From positions 6,944,001-7,008,000 of the forward strand of contig CM102283.1 of the NCBI GenBank assembly GCA_046563655.1: a DNA stretch of 64,000 bases. Direction: 5' to 3'. The DNA is from Yuukianura sp. NJ FZ-2021 (lineage: Eukaryota). The position numbers and the translations under genes are program-made. The notes under the pieces were generated by a model that worked only from the letters and a program-made list of their open reading frames with translations, had not been told where the DNA came from and did not search any database. Positions 38,201 through 51,659 of the stretch are shown piece by piece (position 1 is the stretch's first letter; the number at the start of each line of letters is the position of its first letter).

Positions 38201-40029
38201 GTTTTAGTAGCCATTTTTGATTAACTTTTTAGAAAAGTCAATAAAATTCAGAACTGTGAATCCTGGGTAGTTTTATGCTTTGCTTTTTGGAAAAAGTTCA
38301 GATTTTTTTTCGTTTTGTTCAAAATAGAAACATTTTGAAAATGGATTTTGAAAGGAATAGTTTTCTAGTGCGTGCTACTTTAGGTGGTGGTGGCAAACTA
38401 AGGCGTTTTTTGAGTGTGAGTCAATGTGGAAACTAATTTTTGAAAACGATGAAGGAAAATGTTAAGGTAACTTTTTTCTTCTTCAAAATTTCCCAAGTTA
38501 AAAAGGAGGGAGGATTTGAGAAATAACAAGGGGGAATATTCCTCATATTAATTTCCTCTCGTCTCTTAAAACCATTCTTTTTAAACCGGTTTCCCACCTC
38601 ATTCCACATAATTTATAAATTAAGGCACGTTAAGACAAGTTGCCCAAGCTCTTAACAATTGTTTAAATTACGATCAAAATAAATTACACCCTAAATAAAT
38701 GTTTAACTAATAATTACTCTCCTCCGCCCCTCCCCCATATTCCCCCTCCAAAGAAAAAAGCAACACTGCTCACGTACTTCTTAGAGCCAAATTCCTTCTC
38801 AAATATTTAAATATTTTCGTTCTCGAAAACCTTTTGCAGAACCACTTTAATACAGTTCAAAATTTAAGAACAGGAATTTTGCACAACCTGTCTAATACAT
38901 TCAACTAAACTTCAAAAACAGTTTAACACAACCTCTCTAATACATATATTTAAAAAAAATTCGAAAAAATCCCTCCAGCATTTCTAACTTTTAAACTATC
39001 AGTAATGAGTAAATTGGAAAAATCGTCTCATTTTGCCCCAGTAGAGTGAAATTCTGTGGAATTCGTTCCTGTAGGGCTCCATTTTTGCATTTGCAGAATG
39101 AGGAAGACATCTATGTGATTTTGAAGATTGGTGAATGAGAAATGAGGAATCTGTATACTTACTTAAACGACCGTCATTAACCTCATCTTCACCAGAAATC
39201 ATTCCGGTTTTGGCAATTAAACAACTCTCTAATAACACACCTTAGTCAAGGTAAAGGACTTAAATGCCTCTGAGCTACAGCTGAACTTGTCAAGTTCAAC
39301 GAAGTAATAAGTTTAACAAGATGTTTCAAAATTAATTCCCTCATTACTACAACATTTTGTGTCTTCTTAAATGACTTGTAAGCAATTTGCGACATACATT
39401 AACTCTACTATGTTCTCCTCATTACCATAGTTAAAGTTATGAGCTTTTGCAAATGAGCAAAAGATTTGTCGGGTTTTGCAAATTTTGAAAATCTTCTTGA
39501 CGCAACTCCAAGGCGGGAATTTTTTCCACAATGGAAGTCAATTTCCTCCCAACTTCGCTTTTGAGCGGTTATTTACGAAAAAGTGGAAATTAAATTTGAA
39601 TTGAATTTTTTCCTGCTGACGGAGGAATGTCGGAAACTTTTGACAAATAATTATTGTTAAAACTCGTTTTTTCATTTTTGTGAAGAATAGGTGCAGAAGA
39701 AAGCGGGACCATTTGAAATAGACATGCAATCATGGATTGATAAGTATGCAAAAATGTAAAACATGATGTCAGGTTACAATTGAGAATTGACAATTAGATG
39801 TGTTCTGGTAAATGGAGCCTCATTCTAAACGCCCTTCAGCTCTTTCTCGTTCTACTGTTCAATTACAATCAATAACAAACATATTTATTTCCATCAAATT
39901 TCAATTTTTACATAAAAAATACTCCAATTATTTATTTGCATTTAATTGTATAGGAAGAGACATGAGAACATTCCTTTCAAAAACGTTAAACTTTTCTTCC
40001 GAATCCCCGCAGGGCACCTATCCAAGTTC

Positions 40030-40490
40030 AACCAGCTTGCGATCGATCAGTGTCCAGTCCAGCTAGCGCGTAGTCACAAGTTGTCTAACGGCGTTCGCTA
40101 TGTCTAACACAAGTAGAAGCTATTATCAGTTATCCAACTAGGCTATGATCGGTAGGTCTAACAACAGCTCGTTCTGAAAGCTGTCGAGCCGAATTATGAT
40201 CGCAGCTGGGGGCTCTTAGGTCTAACAGAAGCGCATTACAAGCTTGTCAGCTAGCCTGTGATCGCAGGTTGTAATTATATGGTCTAACAAAGCTTGACTT
40301 CGTTACCAGCTTGCTAGCCTATGATCGCAGGTTAGGATTGCTAGGTCCAACAAAAGTATGAAAGGTGCTAAGGTTCTTGGTAGCTTGAGATCGCAGGCTG
40401 TGATTGGTAGGTCTAACAAAGTATGAATGTTGCTAGGTTTCTAACTAGCTTGCGATCGCTGGTATGGATTGCTAGGTCTAACAAAACTGT
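40030..40490. repeat. Diverged tandem array, period about 62-66 bp, about 7 units
   Basis: Recurring core CTAGCYT(A/G)TGATCGCAGG...(T)AGGTCTAACAAA, separated by variable 20-25 bp segments. Confidence 0.85.
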
Positions 40491-43400
40491 GGATGTAGCC
40501 AGGAGGCGTGTTTGTAAGGAATTAGGATGATTCCTTAGTGTAATGGGGTCCGTTAACGAGGAAGGTGAGCAAGTGGTTAGCACTTTGGACACACGAGTTA
40601 TTGTTGTTCTATTGTTGGGAGGGAAAGGGATTGTTAGGTTGAAAGTGAAATGGAGGTAGGACGGATAATAGCTAAATCTTTTGGAGGCAATAATTCAACT
40701 GGGGGATGATGATTATTTTCCAAGACCAATCCTCACCCTCTCTCCCTCATAAATAAAATATTTTCTAATGTACATAGTCACTTAATTATTCATTCCATGA
40801 CATCTTCCCACAACTACTCTCAACATCATACCCTGTCTGTAATTGAGAAAAGTTTAAAACTAAAACTATCAATTTATTCAATCTTTTCTTATTTTTCAAA
40901 AAACAAAATAAAAACAAGTCCAATTAGCCGAGGTGAAACAACTCAAAGTCATTGGCAGCTTCGCACATAAAAATTATCAACAAAAGTAAAATTCATAGCT
41001 TCGCGCCTCTCTTCTGCTCAGAAGTTAAAAACTTATTTCCTTGATGATTATCAAATTTTAGCAAAATTTGTTAATTTTAAATAAAAACCTAACTATCACT
41101 TGTTAAATTTTTAATTTAGGTGAAGCGTCAGAAATTTTAAATTTACATTCAAAATTAGATGCTTCAATCTGCTAGATCAATTTTGAAAAAACGTAGAAAC
41201 TTTTTTTCGTTTTTGGAATTTGAGCGTCCGAGTGGCAGAAACTTCACACTTTTTTGGACAAAAAGTGAAGCAAAACACAAGGGCGAGCGAGTCTGGCTAA
41301 AATTTAAAAAAAAATGAAAAGTTGCATGTTTTGGTTGATGAAGTCATAAGCGCTTGGTTACGACATTAAAAACCAAAATAAGTTTCAAACTCAAGTTGAG
41401 TTGTAAATGTTGCGCCATCAAGTCAAAAGTTCCTGACATGCAGGAGTTCTCAAAATGGCAAAATGGTTCTAATTACCCACTCTTAAACTTTTGTGCAAAA
41501 AACACAGCCTAAACTAACAAGTCAACAGCCTCGTTTTTGGTTATTCGATTTAGTAATAATAACCATGTTATCACGGACAGGTCCGGAAGTAATCTGTAAC
41601 ATTATATTGGAGTGGTTGCCAATCTTCAACTGGACTTAAAGTGGCATGGAAGGCCCAAATCTAGTCAAAATCTCCCTCCACTTTGGCACTAACTCTGCAG
41701 TAAATACAGAACTCAGGTAAGAACAGGCTAAAAAGTTAATTGGAAAATAAATGAGGGCCACAATTTAAGAGGCACTTAAGTCCAAAAAGCCAGTGGGGAT
41801 TCTGGTCACTTTGTTCATCTCAAGAGGTCTTGATTACTAACATACACTGTAATATATGCAATATACTATGGATATGCATAGCATATTATAATATGCCCAA
41901 CTTCATCACCCCAATGCCCATAACATGTAGTGAATTAGTGTCCATGAAGTAAACCTAGGCCCATGATTAGTTAGATTAATCTTGAAAATGGGAACAACAC
42001 TTCGTTAGGAATAGTTAATGGGACGGGGGAAGGTGGGCAAGTTTCAAAAACGAAAAAATGAAAATTTCAAAAAAACGAAAACTAAAAATGCAAAGGGGCA
42101 ACTCATAACTCTCCTGCTCTTAATTCATGCCTTAGCTCGGACACTTCCTGGAAAATCAAAGATGGACTCTCAATTACTTTCTAAACTGCTTTCAAAAAAA
42201 ATAAGCATAGGGAGCAAATACGTACTGGAGGGCATGTTTTTATGGTTTAATTCCCATGTACTAACTTGAAGCAATAAATTTTCAGAAAAAAAAACACATT
42301 AGAAAAAAAATTTCATCGATGAATTGACCATTAGTCAAACCATTTACATTTCCACACTGACTGATTATCCACAGTTAGGAAAACGTTTACACCCTCCTCC
42401 TCTGTTCAAATTTTGACTTCAGGCGACTGCTTGTTGACCTCTAACCTGACTTTTCAAAAATTACTTTTCGAAAAAACAACTTGAAAATGAGATGATTTTG
42501 AAATTTCTTTTTTGAAAAGGAAAGTGACACTATTTTGGTGGGTCTTCATTTTTCAAAGTTAGGCGCAGAAGGAGAATGGAATGAGCCGTGAAGAGGCACA
42601 ATGGGAGGCTCGTTGAATCTGTCAGTTGGTTAGTTTAGGCTTTGAAGGGCCCCCTTAACTCCCATGACAGTGACTGGCTCAAGGGCCCTGTTTAGAAAAA
42701 AAAAGTTTTTGAAATTTAGTTTTTTGAAATTAGCATTCATGACAGGTAGGAAACTCTGTTGGCTAAAAGTTGTGAGTTTGTGAAGGGAACAAACTTTTCA
42801 AAGGGCTCCCCTCCCTTCCTACTTGATTTGACTCGAGTGTGACCTGACAAGGAGCACAGATGACCTCTATACCAACTAAAATTTTCAAAAAATTTCAATT
42901 TTTTTCAATTTTTTTTTGAACATGGACCCCTTAAGGGACCGAAGTCAAGTATTTGTGGTCTGGGTCAAATGTGTGGACATTTATGATGGGACAGAGGAGT
43001 TTAGTGTGCTGGATTTCTAAAAGGGCTTTGAATAGTGTTAGGGGAATCCGGTTGAACTCAGCAGGATGTCCATCGCTTGGATCTTCTGGAAGATGGTCCA
43101 CAGTTTAGTAAAACATAAAAAGATAGAGTTCTGGACAGTTTGAAGTATGAACATATTTTTCTGTCCAGAAGGATCCACAGCGTGATACATCCTTCCAGGT
43201 ATCCTCCGACAATTAAGTGACCATAACTACCCCAGTGTCCCTGCAGAGTCTACCAACGCCATTAATATTTGATAACTCCATTTAGTTACTCCCTCCATTC
43301 TCCTCGTCTTCTTGAGTTTTCAAATTTTCGAGCCTTTTCTGGACATACGAAACAGGTTTGGTGTCACTTTTGAAGCAGTTGGTGTCAAACTAATTATCAC

Positions 43401-43781
43401 TTCTCTCTAAATTGAAATTTGTGAAACAGCAATCCGTTTCAAAAACACAAAGTTCAAAAATTTGATCCTTTTCAAAAACACAAACTTCAAAATTCTTTGA
43501 AACAGACAAATTTCATTTTATCGAAAGACTTACATTACGGAATATCATAAGTTATGACTAATATTGCTTGACCAACGGCTGTACAGGGTTTATGTTTGCT
43601 TCTGCGCAAACATAAATTCTGAAGTACAAAAGCTTTTTTTAAAAAATTTTATTTCAATTTTTTTTTGAAAACGGCGCGGTTTTAAGTTGTTCACGACGCA
43701 CCGGAAATATTTCTGATCAAGTTGACGTCATTTGACTCTTCACCTAAACAAATGAAACTAACATAAAATAGCCTAATCATC

Positions 43782-44535
43782 ATGCATGCACCTACGAATC
43801 CGTGTTGCTGCGAAGACATCAAGATTGGATGTCTTGTGATGGTGTCTCTGTTTTTGGTAAGGTCAAGGTCACACATCTCTTCAGCAATCTTTGGAAGGTC
43901 ATACACTCGCCTATTCTAACCTTTGACCTCACTTTTGTTGCAGATTGCCAGTGTGTGCATGTTTATTACACATTGCAACGACGTGGGTGTGGGATATGAC
44001 GCCTTGTCCAAACTCAACGAAAAATATTTTGTGTCAGATCCACAACAAGACGTTGTGATTGCAAAAATCTTTATTGCGGTAGATTTACTTGGCATCATGA
44101 TCTGCATCATCGTGATTATTGGCTCCGCCAGGGTGAGTTACTGGATTCAATGAAATCGTTATGAATAAATGTTTTAAAGTTGGAAATTGTTGTAATTTTG
44201 CATAGGAAACTGTTTTATTGATCCGATTTTGGTACCTCTACATCCTTGTAATGCTGTACTACTCGGGTACATACTACGTGAAATTCAAGAAATGGTATTA
44301 CTCAATTCCGGGTATCGTCGTTGCAGTGCTGTTGATGTGCTACTTCCTGTGGGTTGCGCAGGCGTTCATCAATAAGATACAAGCTAAGAAGCGTACAGCG
44401 CCGGCTCCCGCTACTGCTCAGGCATTCGTCCAACTCCAGCCGGTCACATACGTATTTCCGCAACCAGGTTCATCAACATCAGCCGAAGCTCAAGCTAAAG
44501 CTGCTCCACCAGCCAATGAAGCCAAAGAACCATGA
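43782..44535 (+). CDS. Four-TM membrane protein, LAPTM/tetraspanin-like topology, paralog A
   Basis: Exons 43782-43856, 43944-44132, 44206-44535. N-terminal NPCCCEDIKIGCLVM, four hydrophobic segments, YFLWVAQAFINKI motif and a Pro/Ala/Gln tail. Confidence 0.85.
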
Positions 44536-45172
44536 GAACGGCAAAAGCTAACTTTGAATACGCGGTCAATACGCAACCGCAAAGGACAACCAATCAGCAA
44601 CTCTGAATTTAACACATTTTCTGCGGGATTTGAAAAATTCTAAGAATTTAATGTAAATGTCAGTAGCTGGTAAAAGGTCGTGCTGAAAAAAAACGAATAA
44701 ACAAATGTTTTTTTGAAATTCTGTTTTTGAAATTGGGACTTGAGACAAGTACAGGTAGTAACCCAGTTAGCTATACGTTTGTGCATGGCCCCAACTTTTT
44801 TCCGCAGATCAGGTCAAACATGAACGGATGACTCAAACATATGAAGCCCGAACAAAACTCAAACCGCAATAAAATCGAATCATTACAAAAATAGTTAGAG
44901 TTGTAATTATTGCCTTTGCAACGGCTGTTTCGGCCCGCTGTTTTGTTACTGGCAGTGCCAACGCGGAAACTTTTTCGTAGTCTGCCGACACTTTTTTTTT
45001 TTAGATTTTCAAAAACACGCACTTTACTACTAAATAGTAATTTAAATTTTAAGCTACCAACTTAAATTTTAAGTTGGTAGCTGTATACGCAGGACACACA
45101 CAAAATCGTATTTCTGACCAAATTTTCAACCTTTGACTGTTGACCTGAACAAATCAACTACTCGAAACCATC

Positions 45173-45969
45173 ATGGCTGTGAACCCCTGTTGCTGCGACA
45201 TCAAGACCGGATGCATCGTCATGGTGTCTACTTTTTTGGTAAGGTCACACATATTACACGTCACATTTGGAAGGTCACACTCTAATTTCATTTTCTTACA
45301 GGTTTCCCACGTAATGCTGTTTATTTTGCATTGCGCCAGCTTGGGAATGGGTTACGATATCATGGCCAACATTGGTGTACCCAGCCCCAGAATGTTCACT
45401 GCCTTTAGCCGTCTGCTCATGCAAATAAATACTGCCGTGGATGCCATTCTCGTGGTCGTCTGTATCGTTGTGCTAATTGGTGCGATCAAAGTGAGTCACT
45501 TATGTTATGTTCCATACGACCATTTCCAAGAAAGTGTGAAAAAATATTAACTTAATTGAGTCTCTGTTTGTATAAGGAAATTGGTGGATTGATCTGGGTT
45601 TGGTACGGCCATATAATCTACCTTCTGAACTCAAGCATTCAAAGCTTCTTAACCACGGAGGAGCTATATTTTTCCATTCCTATTTGTCTCGTTAACATTC
45701 TGATTACCTGCTACTTCTTGTGGGTTGGGCAGGCGTTCATCAATAAGATCAAAGCGGACAAGCGTAATCCACGTCCGAATGCGCAGGGCTTCAACCAACT
45801 CCAGCCGATGCAGTACGGATACCCACCACCAGGCCAATCGCCATCAGCTCAGTACCAACAACAAGGTCAACAACCTCCACCTATGTACGGTTCTGGCGGA
45901 CAGCAGCCAAAGATGTACGGCCCAGGCGGACTACAGCCTGCAATGGGAACGGATGGCCAAAACCAATAA
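45173..45969 (+). CDS. Four-TM membrane protein, LAPTM/tetraspanin-like topology, paralog B
   Basis: Exons 45173-45238, 45302-45490, 45577-45969. Same intron positions as A and C. Gln/Pro/Gly/Tyr tail with PPMY. Confidence 0.88.
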
Positions 45970-46417
45970 ACTCCAAGCAAAACACAAAAACAACACAAAA
46001 TCAAAACGCAAAACAACAGCATCAGCAGTAACTCCAAATTTACTAAAAACATTTTTGCGTTACTTTCAAAATTTTATTTAAAAAATTGAGCCCAAATCTA
46101 AAAAAAAACTAAAAAGTAAGATTTTGTACAATAAAGCCCGAACAAAAACTCAAACCGCAATAAAAATCGAATCAGTACAAAAATAGCTGGAATTGTAATT
46201 ATTGCTTTAGCAACGGCTGTTTTGACCCACTGTTTTGTTTACTGTTAACGCGGAAACTTTTTCGTATAGTCAGCCGACACTTTTTTGATTTCCAATAAAG
46301 CAAGTTTTACGTTTTAGTTTGTAGCCGTATACGCCGGACACACACACACAAAGTATTTCTGCCCAATTCTTCTTCCTTTGACTGTTGACCTGCACAAATC
46401 AACTACTCGAAACCATC

Positions 46418-47265
46418 ATGGCTGTGAACCCTTGTTGCTCTTGCGAGATCAAGGTCGGTTGCATCGTCATGGTGTCCATTTTTTTGGTAAGGTCACACAA
46501 GGCACTCTAACATATACCTCTTGCTGGTATCTCTAGTGGTTAACTCTCTTACTGCATTTTGTTGCAGGTTTTCGATGTAATAGTAATGATTTGGTTTGGC
46601 TACATCTTGGCAGTGGGAGAACTCCTCGTTGCTACCGGCGAATACAAATACAATGAGGAGAATCACACGCTCGTGGTTATCGATTTCGTGGCTTCTGTAC
46701 TTTTCGTTATCGTCTGCATCCTTACGCTAATTGGCGCCGTCAAAGTGAGCGAATTTTAGACCCCTAATGTCCTTTTCATTGAAATTAAAAGTTACCTAAA
46801 TTTTCTGATTTTGTTGTCGTGTAGGAGATTGTTGGATTAATCTATGTTTGGTACGCTTACCTCATCTACGTCATAGTCCACTTTATTTTCATCTTCAAAA
46901 CGTCCGCGCTGTTTCTCTCAATTCCTGCATTCATCATTGCACTTCTTATCACCGCCTACTTCTTGTGGGTTGCGCAGGCGCTTATCAATAAGATCAACGA
47001 GGACAAGCGTAATCCACGTCCGAATGCGCAGGGTTTCAACCAACTCCAACCGATGCAGTACGGATACCCACCACCAGGCCAATCGCCATCAGCCATGTAC
47101 CAACAACAAGGTCAACAACCCCCACCGATGTACGGTCTGGGCGGACAACAGCCAAAGATGTACGGTCCGGGCGGACAGCAGCCAAAGATGTACGGCCCTG
47201 GCGGACAGCAGCCACCGATGTACGGCCAAGGTGGACAGCAGCCACCGCAGGGAACGGAATACTAA
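46418..47265 (+). CDS. Four-TM membrane protein, LAPTM/tetraspanin-like topology, paralog C
   Basis: Exons 46418-46486, 46568-46744, 46825-47265. Tail has 30-nt repeats encoding GGQQP(K/P)MYG. Confidence 0.88.
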
Positions 47266-50200
47266 AACCAACCAACCCAAAGCAAAACAAAATCCAATCA
47301 ACACAAAATCAAAACGCAAAACAACAGCAAGCAGCAAGTCTCAATTTACTAAAACATTTTTGCGTAACTTTCCAAACTTTATTTAAAAAAAAACTCTGCA
47401 TAACCTAAAAATTGAGCCTAAAACCTAAACAAAACTAAAACGTAACGTTCCATACAATGAGAAAATTACGAGTATCGTAACCAAAATCAAAACTTTGTAA
47501 ACCAAATAAAAATTTACCAAAATATGTCACTGTATCACTACACGAATGTTAGTAGCAGTTCTCTAAAAATTCAGAAAAATATTTGTTTTTCAGAAATTCC
47601 GTGTTCTTATATTTCAAAAGTACGTTTTTGTTTGGAATGAATGAAATCGAAGTTCATTTTCCATCGACAATCCAATAACACTCAGACTTCTCAGTTGTAG
47701 CTGTCAAAATGCATAGGGTAGGTGGAGGTAAAGTACAAGTTAGGCTGATGCGTTCTTTTTTCTTTTGTTTCAATTTGAAGAGATCGATTGACGCAGTATT
47801 TGTAAGGGAACGAGGGGGGATCAAGTGCCGTTTAATACTTGGAATCTGATTAACATTATGGCAGCAGGTAGTAAGAGCGCACTTGGATGGATCTCTAGAT
47901 CATAGTTCACTTTAGGTGCAACAACATCAACCAAGATCATAGTTCACTCTAGGCCAGATCCAAGGGGGAGATGAAAGAAAGCATCTCCATCCATGATTGA
48001 AACTCTCCAAAAAACACACGGATCATGGTAGGCAGTTTTATTGATGTTTCCGGGGGACGCCGAACAATTAATTCCAGCCACGGTTCGGTATGACGATAGA
48101 TTTGTTAGGTTATGTTGTGGTGTGGATTCCTCCGGATCTTCCTCATCATCCTTCCAACTGACAAGAGAAGTTGACCTGTGACCTCTGACCTGTTCTAAGG
48201 GCCCTTGGATGTGGCGGAAGGGCCCTTCAATCTTCCTAGGAGTTAGTAAGACAACTTCCAATCTAAGTTTCATGTTTTGACACTTTGGGAAACAATGGGA
48301 GTCCCACCATGGTCTCACCATCTGAAACAATCCGACGGAGCAACCAATCAAAAGTGTCCATTCTATTCCTCAGTAATGTTCAAAACGCAACAAGCAGCGC
48401 GAAATTCAATTATGGCGGAATGACGGATTGGTTCAATTCGATTACGCGTCAAACAACTTCATTTTTGTTATAATTTAATTTGGAATAACAATAGGGTTTG
48501 GATGAATTCCAAAATGTCAGGCGCATGACTGATGTGACCTCAATGACCTTTGACCTTTGATTAATGTATGTTAAGGTTTTATGTGTAAGCCTTCAAAACT
48601 AAAGTTGAAGCTGCAGCATGTCCGAAATGGAAGCCTTTTGTTCAAAAAAATTTTGAAAATTTATTTTTTTTTCAAAAAATACAGGAAGAATTTTTTTTTA
48701 AAAGAATTCCAGAAAAGAAGTTTTGGGCGAGAAGTGCTTGCTGACTTCATTGTGTGATAAAGGTCAAAGGTCGGTTGGTTCTGATGAAGATTTAAGCGAC
48801 AGGGTACTTAATAGTGTTTCTTTTGTGACGCAAAAGGGCTCCCTGTGCAAGGGCCCCCTCTGCGCATGCCTGTTCAGGATATTGGACACTTTCCATTACA
48901 AAGTCGTTTATAATGGACATTACACAGAGAAAAGAGGAAGGATGAATGTTTATATGAAGACATTTTTCGAATGAAGTGGAGGATTATGAGTCATTTGGAA
49001 ATGGACACGGGGAGCCCTTGACGATGACCAAGGGACAGTCACCAGGAGGTCATAAATCCAAACCAGCCAGGGTCATATGCGACACGAAAAGTTACGCTTC
49101 ACAGCTCAATCAAGTGCTCATGGGCCCTTGAGAGTCACATGACATAAGTTTAACCAAGTGACAAGGAATAAGGACCTCATCATATCACCACACGACACAA
49201 ACATAATTTCATGACAACTTTCAAATTACCAACATCCGTCAACCGCTCGTGTCATAAAAATTTTAAAAGTCAAAATAAAAATTTGAAATTAGGAAACACA
49301 AAACGGCACTTTTACTTTAGTAAAAACAGCGGTAACATAAAATTCAAAAGGACGCGCAAATGTTTGAGTTTTTCAAACACTCAAAAATTATACCGCCCTT
49401 TTAATTATGCCTCAGTTATGATGAGCTTGTGGTCGGGGTCCCTTAAGTCCCTTGAGCAGAGGGTACTGCGACTAACAAAGTCGTCATCATAAAATAGGCT
49501 ATTTAACATTGGGCAGGGTGAAAATAAAGCGCCAATGTTTAAAATTCTTTTGTCAATATGGACGACCGTAGCGAATAAACCAAAAGACCGCTACGCTTTT
49601 GAAAAATAAAAGAAGATTTTATGATCTCCGGACACTGTTTGGAGCCCTTTTGGTTCTCGGTGTCATTGGGAATAGAAAACCCCAAAGCCAATTTTAACGA
49701 TCCATCAATTGTCATTTCCCCCTCAGTTAAGGGCTTTAGAAGGGGACTTCCAAGTCCCCCAGGGGGACTTCAAAGTGTCCTCCCCACCACTTACCAGGGG
49801 GACTTCGCATTTTGAACCATGTTTGTTGTAAAACGGTCCCTTTTACACACACAGTTCAATTCTCTCTCCCTAGTCGCTTACAATTTACGAATAGAATGGC
49901 CAGTGACAAAACCAAAAACAAATTGACTTTTTTTCTTTTTTGAAAATCGTTTATCTCCCACTTTTTGAAATTGCCGCCGTGAAAACTCGTGCTTAAATTT
50001 CTAAAAAAAAAGCTTGAACTTTGTAAAGTTTTGAAAAATTCGATTTCCTTCGTTGCGTCGATTTTGGATTTCTTTCGAATTCTGTCTTCCATTTTTTCCG
50101 ATGTTGGTGGAAAAATTTGAATTTAGGGAAAACTTAAAAAGAAGGAAAAAGTTTTTTGTAAAAAGTAGTGAAAAAACGTCTCTTGGGACACATTTATTTG

Positions 50201-51458
50201 CGTTCGCGACGTAATTTTTTGTTTTGTTGCAGATTGGAGTCGAAGGGACGTGAAAATATTATTGTGTTCATCTACTTAACAAGTTGACATTTACGTATGT
50301 GGTAGACTTCTCTTTTTACCTTATGTCCCCCCATAGCCTCATCTTCTGTTGACAATAAATGTCACAGTGATAGATCACGCAAGATAGGCAAAAGGGACAC
50401 GAAAGCCCCTCCATACTTTTTCAAAAAAAAATTTTGTTTTAGATTTTTTCAGAAAAGATGTTACCCGATTTTACCCCATTTTTTAAAAAAACGAACTCAT
50501 AAATCCTACTTTTTTAATTAAGTCCCACTAGGATCCTCTTGTTCTTCTTAAATCCGCTTCCGGTGGGCCCTTGGTGGGACACGAGTTTTCTAGAAAATGA
50601 AAAATGGAGAGACAAAGGTAGCAAAGACAATGAGGAACTTTTTTTTGTCTGTGGTTTGTTTGAAAAGTTGTAAAAAAGTTGAAAAGTTGTCTGTTTGAAT
50701 GGAGGGCAATCAGGGAGTTGGTTAGAAATGTATGTTGAACATTTGAACATGGTTAAGGGCTCCGACTACTTTTGGATATGTGGTTCAACATGACTGGAAG
50801 TCATGCTTGTTTTAATAGGAGAATTCGTCTGTCCCGGTGAGTGACATTGTTAGGTTAGGTTTTCAAGGGGTCCCCACCCTTATAGAGTCACTTCAATTCA
50901 ACTTTCCCATTCAATCAAAGGGGTCATGTCAAATTAAATTGTTATCGGATGACTTCTTAAAAGATCACGTCGTCTTTGGTTTTACGTCTTGTAGATACCT
51001 TTAAGGACCCTCCTTCAAAAAATTTTTTAAAAACATTGTTTTCTCGATTCTCAACTCCTTTTTACCTGAAAAACTTGCAAATTCCAAAAAATACCGCTAA
51101 GCCTCATTGCCATGACCATAGTTTTTTTGTTGTGCCGCTTCTAACCCGCCATTCAATTTAAAAAAACAAAATCGCAATAAGTTTCACACAAGTGTTTACA
51201 GATTTTGATTCGATCGATTGCATTGATTTTGATCAGGAATTGGAAATTGTCATTAAAATTTAAAAAAAAAACAAATATCGCAAATTTTAAAAAAGAGCTG
51301 AAAACAAAATTTTCCTCTTTTTGTCTCTCTTTTTATTTTATTAGCCCCGTTTTATCTCGTTGAAAGTCAGGTGAGTCAATTAACTTTTTCCGCGAAACTA
51401 ATTAATTGACACTAAAATTAGCTTGAATTTGAATTTTCTAGAGAAGCTTTGAATTCAA

Positions 51459-51659
51459 ATGGGCGCCATATTTCGAAGTTGCTGCATCATGCTTTGCTCT
51501 TTTGTATTCATCAGATGGACTGGTGTCGTAGTTCACGTTGACCCTGAAATTCCGCCTCGGATTGACATGCCAGAGTTCGGCAATCACCTTTACATCGAAT
51601 CAGACTGTGTCAATGGATTCATAGTGCTCATGGCAGTAACCTACTTGCTTGGAATTTGA
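51459..51659 (+). CDS. Small (66 aa) hydrophobic membrane microprotein of unknown function
   Basis: CAAATG start after a canonical 5'UTR intron (51371-51440). Two hydrophobic ends. AATAAA near 51751. Similar to the ORF at 63478-63735. Confidence 0.65.
   Translation: MGAIFRSCCIMLCSFVFIRWTGVVVHVDPEIPPRIDMPEFGNHLYIESDCVNGFIVLMAVTYLLGI

Noticed and set aside
40030-40490. CRISPR array
   Set aside because: The repeats are too degenerate, adjacent spacers are related to each other, there are no cas genes, and the context is an intron-containing eukaryotic genome.
30610-43700. Many short Phe/Lys-rich ORFs and TTTTGAAAA/TTTTCAAAA mini-palindromes
   Set aside because: Expected from A/T-tract-rich intergenic DNA; no coding signal, tRNA or rRNA was recognised.
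47944-48351. 135-aa minus-strand ORF
   Set aside because: No domain, homolog within the window or convincing exon structure.
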